From positions 21,018,001 to 21,082,000 of the forward strand of contig CATNEN010000038.1 of assembly GCA_950097015.1 (NCBI GenBank): 64,000 nucleotides of DNA. Reading direction: 5' to 3'. Numbering within the stretch: the stretch's first letter is position 1; each line of letters begins with the position of its first letter. Made by a program: the position numbers and the translations under genes. This document shows, in pieces, positions 12,811 to 23,899 of the stretch. Under the pieces are notes generated by a model that searched no databases, had not been told where the DNA came from, and saw nothing but the letters and a program-made list of their open reading frames with translations. The stretch is from Macrostomum hystrix (lineage: Eukaryota > Animalia > Platyhelminthes).

Positions 12811-14334
12811 TTCAATTTTCGTCCACTTTCCCTGCATAGTGAGGCCGCTCTATTGTCAAACTTAAATTTCTCATATTCTTGTTTCTCCGTTCAGGATTGC
12901 TGCAACCCCTATCCGTGATCGTCCCCCGAATTTGACAGCACCCCGGGCCTAATCATTTTTTATTCAGGCATAATCTTCCAATAATCTATGAAAGTCTTTT
13001 CATTCTGTCATTGTGTAATAAGTAATTAGCGCACTGATGATGATAACAATTTGTGTTTTATCTTTTTTTCTGTAGTTTTGCATCAGTGCCTCAAGCTTTT
13101 CTATCTGATTAGATGATGAAGCATCTGCTAAATCTCTTAGTAAACGGAAAAAATCCTACAATGAAGAGGTAATAAAGTAAACTTCTGTGTAGAAAGCAGA
13201 AAGAAAAAATAGCTTTTTTATTTTAGTACTTTCATTTCTTTATTAATGAAGGCTTTGGTGTGGAAATGTAAAACTTTTGGGACTTGCTCTGAATGTTTGC
13301 TTCATTCCAATATGATGGATATGAATAGATTTAGAAAAAAATATTATCACAATGCTTTTGGAACAATTTGTTGCTTTTTTCCTTGCGAACCAAAGCTTAC
13401 TTGCCTGTTTCTAAGCTCTCATTTTCCCCAGTGTTTCATGCTTCTTTTCTTTCGATTTTTGCACTTGTGAGAGGATGTTAATATATATTTTGTAATAATC
13501 CCGCACACTAGTTTTATTGTAGGTCAGATAATAACAAAAGTGGGATTTAGTTTTGACTGATTTTATATAATTTTAGTAGCCAATTTAGTGTTCAGATTGA
13601 CTGTTAAAATTCCAAACAAAATGATTCTATTTTTAGCACATATATTTTTAGTATACTAGACTAGCAATATTCTACCCCTATCGTTTTGTTTCCGATAAAG
13701 CAATGACCTTTATAGAACAGTTGTGTTGGCAATTCAATCGTTAAGTGCATAATATTTATAAGTTTTTTATTAAAAAATATTTATCAGCGGCAAGTAAATG
13801 CGATTTTAAGATTTCTGGACATATTTACTTTTTTAGGATTATTCGGCTATTCAGCTCATTTGTCTGAAATTAAACTACAAACTTCATTTTTGTCACTTCT
13901 AATTTTCTTCTGGCTTATAATTATACATTTTTCAGGTTTAATTTTAGTCTTTAAAAGTGTCTGGACTTTATCTAACATTTAAATATTTGAGGTTGTCTGT
14001 TTGATTGCCCAAACTTAACATATTGACGTATCGAATATCACAAAACTGTGCATATATGTAGTTAATCTTGTTTATTCACTCTTTATTTGCTATTAAATTC
14101 AATCGCACCAAGGCTTGCTGCAAATTCTATAAGATTCACTATGCTTAATCTGCACATGTTGTCTTTAAGATTAATGTAGAGTGAATATTAACTGAAAGTC
14201 TAGCTATTCTAGTGACATTTGGACTAATGACTACTGTAAACATGATAAACTAATTCTTTGACAAAAATGCAAAATGGCATTTATTATAGCTTTGTTTAAT
14301 TTTCTCATTTTTAATTACCATCTAAATTTTATAT

Positions 14335-14630
14335 CACCTCTCCCGTGTCTCATCTCTCCCGTTTCTCATCTCTCCCCTGTCTCATCTCTCCCGTTTCTCA
14401 TCTCTCCCGTGTCTCATCACTCCCGTTTCTCATCTCTCCCGTTTCTCATCTTTCCCCTGTCTCATCTCTACCCTGTCTCATCTCTCCCGTTTCTCATCTT
14501 TCCCCTGTCTCATCTCTACCCTGTCTCATCTCTCCCGTTTCTCATCTTTCCCCTGTCTCATCTCTACCCTGTCTCATCTCTCCTCTGTCTCATCTCTCCT
14601 CTGTATCATCTCTCCCGTTTCTCATCTCAT
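14335..14630. repeat. CT-rich ~17-bp minisatellite (TCTCATCTCTCCCGTT-like)
   Basis: Visible tandem array; overlapping ORFs are repeat translations. Confidence 0.9.
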
Positions 14631-15361
14631 TTAAACATGGTTAAAATGCTATAATTAAAACACAGCAATAAATCAATCACTTATTGACAAAAACTATCCA
14701 TAGTTGTTCTCTCCAGTTTTCAGATTTCTACGATATTTCGTTGACTTATGTTAAAAACTCGCTGCATTCTGATACTTTTCACCCCACTGACGCTGACCTA
14801 CAATAGCCTCCGCCAGCTCAGGCTCTGAGAACTGATCAGGGCTGGCTGGCAGCCCAGTAACTGACCACAGAAGACTGACGAGAACAGCTGGAGTTGTGCA
14901 AACTGACAGATTTATGAGCAGCCCAGCTGTAAAAGTACAAATAGGAAAAAGTACAAAAGTACATGCTATAAAAGTTTTGATTTACATCATATACATTACA
15001 TTATGTAATGTAATAAGAATTATAATGTAAGAGAGTATACTCTCTTATAAGAGAGATACGTATCTACATTCCAGACGCAAATGAGTTAGCAGTGCTCAGA
15101 AACAATAAATGAGAAATTATTATCATTGGCCACTTAAAAAACAGCTAAAAAAGAAATTCGTTTTTAAAATAGAAGAGTTACGTACTTTTCAACCGACACT
15201 AACTTTCGCTAACTGTCGCTCCCGCTAACTGTCGCTCCCGCTAACTGTCACTAGCTCTCTATTGTCAAAAGTGAAATTAAGTGTTCAGGCAAAAATAAAT
15301 GGGGATGGAACAACAACTGAACCAGAAGCACAAGATCTAAAGACGCAAATCATGGTGCTTG

Positions 15362-17603
15362 TCAATGATTGTTCAGTGGCTCCTGCAGCGAATTCGCGAA
15401 CCGCTGCAGCTTCGCTTGGATCCAGTCGTCTATCTGCTGCGCCACCGTTTCCATGGCAACGAGCCGACCGAACTCAGCATTGACCAGATGCAGCCGCGCT
15501 CTCACCCACAGCCTCCGCTCCTCATCCTCCAAACTCGAGTGGCTGTCGCTGTCGCTGCGATTCGAAATTCGCCGCAGCTTCTCCCTGACCCAGCGGATCT
15601 TCTCCTCGTCCTGCGTCTCCATGGCGACGCGTTTTTCGTCCCTGACGGTCTCCATCTGTCGCAGGCTGAACTCCACGTGCTCAACTTGGTCGCTGTAGTG
15701 AGCCAGAGTGAGCAGCTCCTCCAAGTCCGGGTCCTCTTGCAGCTCTGAGAGCCACGCGTCGAAGTCGATTGCAGTACGATCGCTGAGCAGCTCAGCTTGG
15801 AGACTCCAGCTCAGGCAGCGGAAGTTCACGTACTCTCTCTTATCTCGTGGTGTTCAGGCTTTGACAGTCTGGCTGTGAGCAGAGTCTGTGTAAACTCGGG
15901 AAGAAATATGAATCGAGGCGGAGTGTCTGCGGGGAGGCAGAACCTACACGCCCAGTCCGAGTCTAATGGCACTTCAACATGGCCAAAACGAGGATGCAAA
16001 GTAATGTCTTCTTGCCGAAATCCACTTTTAAATTTGCTTTGAATCAGCTTCATCGCGAGTCTCTCAGCCTCCTCTGAGTTGTCGAACTTCAAATGCGCCA
16101 TGGCGGTCATGCACAGGGCGGCGCACTTGCACCACCGCAGGTGATTCAGGAAACTGAGCTGCCTCATCAAAGTATCTCTGTCTGCAGACTTTGACTGTAG
16201 CTCAGGAACGCAATGATGCACCACACTGTACACATCTGCTGACATCTTAACACTAGCATCAAATCCTTTCCTAATCTGACAGCAGGCGGCGCTGTCAGTG
16301 GCAGCAGAGTGAACGGATGAAAGTAGAAATTCTGTGACTGCAGAGGTCTCACGAGTCTCCTCATGTGCTCAACGACTTCGCTAATGTCGTTTTTCAGCTC
16401 TCTCAGTCGGTCTCGAACCCTCGCCTTCGTGTTGTCGAAGTCGCCGCCGATTCCAGCATTCTTGAAGTAAAGCGGAGCGTCCGGCATGAAGAAGTGCGGC
16501 ATGCACTCATCGGGTGAGGGTGAGCTGTTTGAGTCGATGAAGCTCAGCATTATGTCGAGAGACTCCATCAGCAGTGAGATCAGATTCTGATGCTGCCACG
16601 CTTCAGATTCTGTGTCATGCCTCTCCAGCATGAAAAAGAGCAGAGTCTTTGCATGGTAGGTCTTGAGTCCATGTGTGTCCAGAGTGAGTGGCAAATATCT
16701 CTTAAAGATGAACTTGATGATTGAGAACAGCTGACCCTGGAGTGTGCTCAGCCGTCTCATGGCCTTTTTCTCTTGGAAGCTGAAGCTTACTCTAAGCTCA
16801 TTGGTCACGTTAGGTCTGGTTGACCTCACCAGGTGAACCTTATCGTTATTAATTTGCAGCTTTCTAACTCTGTGCTCACAGAAAGAGCTGCAGCACTTGA
16901 TCGCATGACACGTGTCCTGAGCAGCCTGCACACCGCATGCCTTGGCTGAGACGGCAGGTTGGTTGCCTGCACTGGGTGGTGACCGGAGTGCAAAAAGGGG
17001 CGTTAAGCAGACGAAATGCAACTTTGAAATTCAAATTTACTCAAGAGCGTGAAAATTATTGAACTTGAACTTAAATACTTAATCTCAGTAGACTTTGTGA
17101 GAACATAGCCGACCATCCTAAAATACTGTCTAATACCAATACTACTGCTACTACTAATTACTGTCTACTAACTACTAACTACTAACTACATTTATTGCAC
17201 ATCAGATGTCACTCACCTGACCCCACTGCCACCTGCGCGTGACCCTCCGTGACCAGCTGCTTCGTGGCACTTTCGTGTCCCTCGCAGCCTCCGTCCAGAA
17301 GCAACCGCTGACCTCGAACCAGCACAGTCCAGTCGATGCCTGAGTCAGCCGCTGTCCTGCCGTTCACTTGCACCAGACTGTTGGCCCAGCCCTCTGCGTA
17401 GCTGCCTGTCATCTGCATATCCCAGTTCTGAGTGAGGACTCGAGCGGCTCCTCATCCCTCAATGAGCGGCTGCTCAACAATACCCCTCAATGAGCCATTC
17501 TCTGCTGATACTCCGCTCTCACCTGAGTGAATCCCGCCTTGTTGAGCAGTTGGTGCAATTCTTTGCTGAGCTGCCTGTCCCACTGTGAGTCGTCTCTGAG
17601 CCT
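15362..17603 (-). pseudogene. cGAS-like receptor (cGLR / Mab-21 nucleotidyltransferase) gene, frameshifted
   Basis: NTase motif TGSYAEGWANSL...ADSGIDW; Mab-21 motifs LRVSFSFQEK, LKTYHAKTLLFFMLE, W...NL and CMPHFFMP. Intron ~16968-17216 (donor GTGAGT). Reading frame breaks near 17480, 16250 and 15830. Confidence 0.85.
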
Positions 17604-17658
17604 GGAATGATAAGGAACTCAGTCAGCTTATGGATTGCTGCTGCATTCAGACTGATGA

Positions 17659-18747
17659 CTGTGAATTCCTCCCCAATGTGTGAATTCCTCCCCAATCTGT
17701 GAATTCCTCCCCAATCTGTGAATTACTCCCCAATCTGTGAATTACTCCCCAATCTGTGATTTACTCCCCAATCTGTGAATTACTCCCCAATCTATGAATT
17801 ACTCCTAACCTGTGAATTACTCCCCAATCTGTGAATTCCTCCCCAATCTGTGAATTCCTCCCGAACCTGTGAATTCCTCCCGAACCTGTGAATTCCTCCC
17901 CAATCTGTGAATTCCTCCCGAACCTGTGAATTCCTCCCCAATCTGTGAATTCCTCCCCAGTCTGTGAATTACTCCCCAATCTGTGAATTCCTCCCCAATC
18001 TGTCAATTACTCCCCAATCTGTCAATTACTCCCCAATCTGTGAATTACTCCCCAATCTGTGAATTACTCCCCAATCTGTGAATTCCTCCCCAATCTGTGA
18101 ATTACTCCCCCAATCTGTGAATTACTCCCCAATCTGTGAATTACTCCCCAATCTGTGAATTACTCCCCAATCTGTGAATTCCTCCCCAATCTGTGAATTA
18201 CTCCCCAATCTGTGAATTACTCCCCAATCTGTGAATTACTCCCCAATCTGTGAATTCCTCCCCAATCTATGAATTACTCCCCAATCTGTGAATTACTCCC
18301 CAATCTGTGAATTACTCCCCAATCTATGAATTACTCCCCAATCTGTGAATTATTCCTAACCTGTGAATTCCTTCCAATCTGTGAATTACTCCCCAATCTA
18401 TGAATTACTCCCCAATCTGTGAATTACTCCCCAATCTATGAATTACTCCCCAATCTGTGAATTACTCCCCAATCTGTGAATTACTCCCCAATCTATGAAT
18501 TACTCCCCAATCTGTGAATTACTCCCCAATCTGTGAATTCCTCCCCAATCTGTGAATTACTCCCCAATCTGTGAATTACTCCCCAATCTGTGAATTACTC
18601 CCCAATCTATGAATTACTCCCCAATCTGTGAATTATTCCTAACCTGTGAATTCCTCCCAATCTGTGAATTACTCCCCAATCTGTGAATTACTCCCCAATC
18701 TGTGAATTACTCCCCAATCTGTGAATTACTCCCCAATCTGTGAATTC
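17659..18747. repeat. 19-bp minisatellite (CTGTGAATTACTCCCCAAT)n
   Basis: Visible tandem array just upstream of the first recognisable cGLR exon. Confidence 0.95.
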
Positions 18748-18871
18748 TTTAACAGAAGCGAAAAGAAATCAGGTGGCGAATAGAAGCTAGTTGCATTGAG
18801 GGTCGGCCTGGGTGCATTAAATGCAAGCCATGCAGATCAGCCTTTGAAAATCCAGGAGAGTAAAAGTCCAA

Positions 18872-18960
18872 GATCCATCTGAGGAATGAGTAGATCTATC
18901 TGAGGAATGAGTAGATCTATCTGAGGAATGAGTAGATCTATTTGAGGAATGAGTAGACGA
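18872..18960. repeat. 21-bp tandem repeat (GATCTATCTGAGGAATGAGTA)n; also at ~21708-21755 and ~62670-62740
   Basis: Directly visible. Confidence 0.85.
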
Positions 18961-19481
18961 TCTATATAGATCTATCCATTCCTCAGATACGAGGGGCGTC
19001 CCAAAAGTTCCCGGAATGTCCAAAGTAGCTCTTCAACGGAGCCATGAAATTTCACGCCTATGGTGTCAAACGAAAGGAACTTTTGTCACAAAGAAAATAA
19101 AGTTAAAATCATGTTTATATATTTCTCTATTTAGGAGCTGCAGCAAGAAACGTGCGCGAATGTCAGGGGTAGTGTTACTCAAGCTCAAAAATTGATGGCA
19201 ATGATTTTTCATCTCCATTTATGGATATTTTCATTTTGAATTAGTGCTACTGACGTGTCAGAAAGACGTGGCAGTGTCTATGGAGAAAAAGCAGAAATGC
19301 TCATAGAAAAAAGCGGAAACTCGTTCTAAAATGCTATAGCCTACTCGGAGATAAAACGGCAGTGGCTGTGTCAACCCTAATCACCTACTCGTCTAGTTTG
19401 CCAGCCCCCGATTGTTGGCATAGGAAGCAAATTAATCGATATTTAGTTTACCTACTAGACTAGCACGTTGATCTAAAAGCG

Positions 19482-19571
19482 ATGGTCGCCATTGCGAAGA
19501 AGCTGCCTTGGCTGCTGCTTCTGATGCTCGCCTACATGGTAGTTGTTGAAGGACTTCGCCTCCGTCAACTG
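19482..19571 (+). other. Orphan first coding exon encoding a signal peptide (MVAIAKKLPWLLLLMLAYMVVVEGLRLRQL); reverse copies at 21131-21220 and 62086-62175
   Basis: ATG, then 30 codons with basic n-region, hydrophobic core and VEG cleavage-like site, followed by a perfect donor GTGAGT. Confidence 0.5.
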
Positions 19572-20192
19572 GTGAGTTGTCGATTGAACGATGCTGAGCA
19601 GTCAAGGTCAAGCATGTTTGCCCGCCGGCAGCCTGAGGCTCGTTAGCAAATTGTCTAGATCAACAAGTCATAGGCTTCAGGAGACTTAGATAGTTCGAAA
19701 ATTAATATTTTTCTTGATCTAAATTGCTAAACTAGATGAGACTTACTATTTTTCTCTTGAGGTTTACATTTCTGGTGGCTATATTCAATTCAAAAGGCCA
19801 ATAACTTTTTGTTAATCAGAAAATTTGAAATTTGAAATTTACAGAAAAAAAACAAAAACATTCTAGGTCTCCAGGGAAAAAACTTTTACTGGACATGTCA
19901 AAAAGCGACAGGTGTACTTTGACCCGATCGATAACCGGAAGCCACAGGTGTACTTTGATCCGATCGATTACCGGAAGCCACAGGTGTACTTTGATCCGAT
20001 CGATAACCGGAAGCGATAGGACGAGATTTATTTACGCAAGAAAATGAAGGAACGCTTAATTTAGACTTAAGATTCAAAAGACAGGATGTCTAATTACATA
20101 AAAATCTATGTGATTTAATAAAACAATGCTCCCTTTTTCGAAAGGTCCAGGACGAATGTCACTTTTTTCGAGCTGATTATTTTGTCAGGCTT

Positions 20193-20750
20193 TGTCGCGA
20201 CTTTCGTCTTGCCTTCTGCCTCTATTCACTCTTTTGTTCTCTGCACTTTTCTTGTTTACATCGTCCAGTTCAATCTAGTTCTTTCTCTCTCGTTATCTCT
20301 GCGGCTGATCTCTCATTCTCTATCCTTTCTTTCTTTCCTGCTCTCTGATTGGTCCGCCGCTCACGTTCTAGCCTCCTCTCCTACCCTCAGTCGCGCACTC
20401 TTGTTATCGTACCGCCAACCCCCCTTCCTTATCGCTCTGTTAAACTTAAATATATTTTGACTCTCGGCCTGAATTGGCTCACAGCCGTATGAACGGGCTC
20501 TTACTGCGAGGACTCAATTTGTTGCATAAGAATTCAAGACATGGCGCCCGAACAAAATCGAACCCAAATGTAGAATTATTTTCTGCCAGCTCCTTCTGGC
20601 TTTCATCTCATCAGCGTCGTTCTCGTCCGCCAGCCTGCATTGACTTGCATAAAACGTTCTTCGTCTCGTCTCGTCTCGTCTCGCCTCAGTTCGTCCCATG
20701 TGGCGACCGCCGGTTCCTGGTCTCTCATTCGTTCGACGGGATCGCCACAG
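20193..20750 (+). mobile_element. 5' LTR (20193-20541) + tRNA-Lys primer-binding site + truncated leader of an LTR retrotransposon
   Basis: LTR TGTCGCGAC...TCAAGACA is followed directly by TGGCGCCCGAACA, matching the known tRNA-Lys(UUU) PBS start; the same LTR occurs at 40759 and 61114. Confidence 0.85.
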
Positions 20751-21942
20751 GTAACCGTGGCTTCCGGTTATCGATCGGGTCAAAGTACACCTGTCGCTTT
20801 TTGACATGTCCAGTAAAAGTTTTTTCCCTGGAGACCTAGAATGTTTTTGTTTTTTTTCTGTAAATTTCAAATTTCAAATTTTCTGATTAACAAAAAGTTA
20901 TTGGCCTTTTGAATTGAATATAGCCACCAGAAATGTAAACCTCAAGAGAAAAATAGTAAGTCTCATCTAGTTTAGCAATTTAGATCAAGAAAAATATTAA
21001 TTTTCGAACTATCTAAGTCTCCTGAAGCCTATGACTTGTTGATCTAGACAATTTGCTAACGAGCCTCAGGCTGCCGGCGGGCAAACATGCTTGACCTTGA
21101 CTGCTCAGCATCGTTCAATCGACAACTCACCAGTTGACGGAGGCGAAGTCCTTCAACAACTACCATGTAGGCGAGCATCAGAAGCAGCAGCCAAGGCAGC
21201 TTCTTCGCAATGGCGACCATCGCTTTTAGATCAACGTGCTAGTCTAGTAGGTAAACTAAATATCGATTAATTTGCTTCCTATGCCAACAATCGGGGGCTG
21301 GCAAACTAGACGAGTAGGTGATTAGGGTTGACACAGCCACTGCCGTTTTATCTCCGAGTAGGCTATAGCATTTTAGAACGAGTTTCCGCTTTTTTCTATG
21401 AGCATTTCTGCTTTTTCTCCATAGACACTGCCACGTCTTTCTGACACGTCAGTAGCACTAATTCAAAATGAAAATATCCATAAATGGAGATGAAAAATCA
21501 TTGCCATCAATTTTTGAGCTTGAGTAACACTACCCCTGACATTCGCGCACGTTTCTTGCTGCAGCTCCTAAATAGAGAAATATATAAACATGATTTTAAC
21601 TTTGTTTTCTTTGTGACAAAATTTCCTTTCATTTGACACCATGGGCGTGAAATTTCATGGCTCCGTTGAAGAGCTACTTTGGACATTCCGGGAACTTTTG
21701 GGACGCCTGAGGAATGAGTAGATCTATCTGAGGAATGAGTAGATCTATCTGAGGTCTATTTGTTTATTTTAGAACGATGTTAAATTTTCTAAACAGAACA
21801 TCAACTTTAAATCTTCAAATGCAAACACAAGTTCAAGTTGTTGGTGCAGATGCAGATAATTTGATAATGTAACGTAACTTCTATAGCTCGCAGATGTTGA
21901 GTGGGTGACAATTTTAAAAACGTTTCTGAAGCTATAGACGCT

Positions 21943-22692
21943 ATGCTTGTTGCTCTTCTAGTGGCAGCAATTCTTTGTCTTGACTTGACCGAGGCCAGTT
22001 CCATTGTTGAAGAATTTTCCGAAATCAGCGGCTCCCTGTGCATCAACAGCGACTTCGTATCCCTCGAAGGTGCAGGCCACACCAAACTGCAGTGTGCAGT
22101 CAAGTGCAGTCTGAAGGTTAACTGCCAGGCCTTCTCAGTGAAAGACGGTGGAGACTGCAGCCACTTTGTGTTCAACAGGTGCAGCAAGCAGGTGAGAGAC
22201 TGCGGCTGCAGCAGCACCGGAAGGCTGTTTTTGAGGCGACAACATGGCCTGTCGCCGGGTCGCCTGTGCTCAAGCAACAATGCTGAGCAGCTGTGCGGAG
22301 TGAAGTACGCGCTGTTCTCTGGCCCGCCATGGTTCCAGGCCAGCCGTCTGGGCTGCGATTCGGAGCCTGGCCTAGCCATCATGGCCGACATCACCGACCT
22401 GCAGGAGCTGAGCTTCATTAAATCACTAGCTAACAAGTACAAGCAGAACTTTACTGCATTTTTTGTATCCGGACTTCAGAAACCTGGCAGTCTGGAGCCT
22501 TACGGTGGCTGGTACTGGGCTAGCTGTGACCTGCCAATCAACGGTACCTACTGGGCCAGCTCAGAGCCCAACGATGCCAATGGACAGCAAAATGTAACCA
22601 TTGTAGTTGGAGGCGCTGGTCTGGCCGACCATTTCGATGGCTCGTCACAGTTTAACAAAGGCGTCCTGTGTGAATGCCTAGATCCATTTTAA
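21943..22692 (+). CDS. Secreted C-type lectin (EPN motif) with N-terminal Cys-rich PAN/apple-like module, copy 1 (249 aa)
   Basis: Signal peptide MLVALLVAAILCLDLTEAS; TKLQCAVKCS...CQAFS; CTLD motifs WFQASRLGC, FFVSG, WYW, YWASSEPND and VLCE. Confidence 0.85.
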   Translation: MLVALLVAAILCLDLTEASSIVEEFSEISGSLCINSDFVSLEGAGHTKLQCAVKCSLKVNCQAFSVKDGGDCSHFVFNRCSKQVRDCGCSSTGRLFLRRQHGLSPGRLCSSNNAEQLCGVKYALFSGPPWFQASRLGCDSEPGLAIMADITDLQELSFIKSLANKYKQNFTAFFVSGLQKPGSLEPYGGWYWASCDLPINGTYWASSEPNDANGQQNVTIVVGGAGLADHFDGSSQFNKGVLCECLDPF

Positions 22693-23899
22693 AGTTCAGG
22701 TTTTGATTGGGTCTTCACGAATAATCAAATAAACTCGAAAGAAGTTCAGTTTAAGGATTCTCTCGACGATGCTGACGTCGGACTTTGAAAGTTAGTTCAT
22801 CGCAATGGGTGGGAGATTTCGATCCAAATAGTGGACTTCAAAAGGATGTTATGGGCAAAGGGGATAAGTCTGAAGATCTGGGGGATTGCTTACTAGGGGA
22901 GGGGATTAATCAAGGACTATTCGAGTCAATGAGACAGATGAGATAGTGATGGGACAGTTGACAGATAATATGAGACTTAGAGATGGACATGTACAAAAGG
23001 AGAGAAGTGAGACAACCTATACCAGAGCAGGCCGGCAGTCCAGCAGTTGAGCTCCAACCGGCTCACAATCAAAGCCAGGAATAGAGAATGCTTTCGGGCA
23101 GTGATGATCAGCTACTCAGAGATGGCAGCTTTCGCGGTGACGCGACCACAGTGGCTGCTCCTGCATGCAGTGCCGACAGAAGCAAAAAGCTGGACATTCG
23201 ATAGCAGCGGAGATCAGTTGGCCTTCTTTTTGCGAGTGGGAGATTATTCCCTTATCTAATTATCCGTTTATCTCTTTATCCTCCTATTAGTTTTTTTCTT
23301 ATCCTCATATCAGTTCATTCCCTTATCCTCTTATCAGTTTATTCCCTTATCCTCTTTTCAGTTTATTCCCTTATCCTCTTATCGGTTTATTCTCTCAAAT
23401 ACCCCATATCCCATACCCCATACCCCATACCACATACTATCTTTCATCTCTCATCTGTCTCTCATCATCTATCTCACGAAAGTTCCGTGAAGTTAAAAGA
23501 AATTTTTATGCAAGTAAACTTTGGAAGCCTAATTTCTTGCAAGAAAATTTATTGACCATGTACCCTAGTTGTAATGATGCGTCATGCACCCTAGATTTAA
23601 TGATTAGTCACGCACCCTAGATGAATGATGAGTCATGCACCCTAGATGAATGATGAGTCATGCACCCATCGTCAGTCAGTAAACTGGTGTTAGTTAACTA
23701 TAGTATGCACTGAGAACCTTATTAAGTAAAGTACAGTGGCGTTCTGTCAGTTTATTTCTAATTACTAGCAATTAGTCAATTCATTGTTAATAGCCAATCC
23801 AAAGCCAAACATTATCGGACCCATGCGCCGCCGAAGTGAATTATAACAATCGGTTTAGGCAGCAGGGACGTCATTGATTTGACCGAACCATTTTTATAC

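Larger units (their letters stand above)
18968..21707. repeat. Large palindrome: ~960-bp inverted arms (~18990-19945 and 20757-21707) with an ~810-bp spacer, ending in mariner-type terminal sequences
   Basis: Arms are near-identical reverse complements. Left end TACGAGGGGCGTCCCAAAAGTTCCCGGAAT (Tc1/mariner-type TIR with TA); right end ...GGAACTTTTGGGACGCC is truncated; an intact copy ends at ~62669. Confidence 0.9.

Noticed and set aside
20182-20460. Hydrophobic ~90-aa ORF repeated three times (also 40840-41118 and 61195-61464)
   Set aside because: It lies inside the CT-rich LTR and has no ATG start; a compositional artefact.
20193-20541. Assigning the ~350-bp LTR family to the Gypsy pol at 30-33 kb
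   Set aside because: No copy of this LTR flanks the pol remnant.
21807-22442. 211-aa antisense ORF (and 62904-63356)
   Set aside because: Shadow frame of the C-type lectin CDS.
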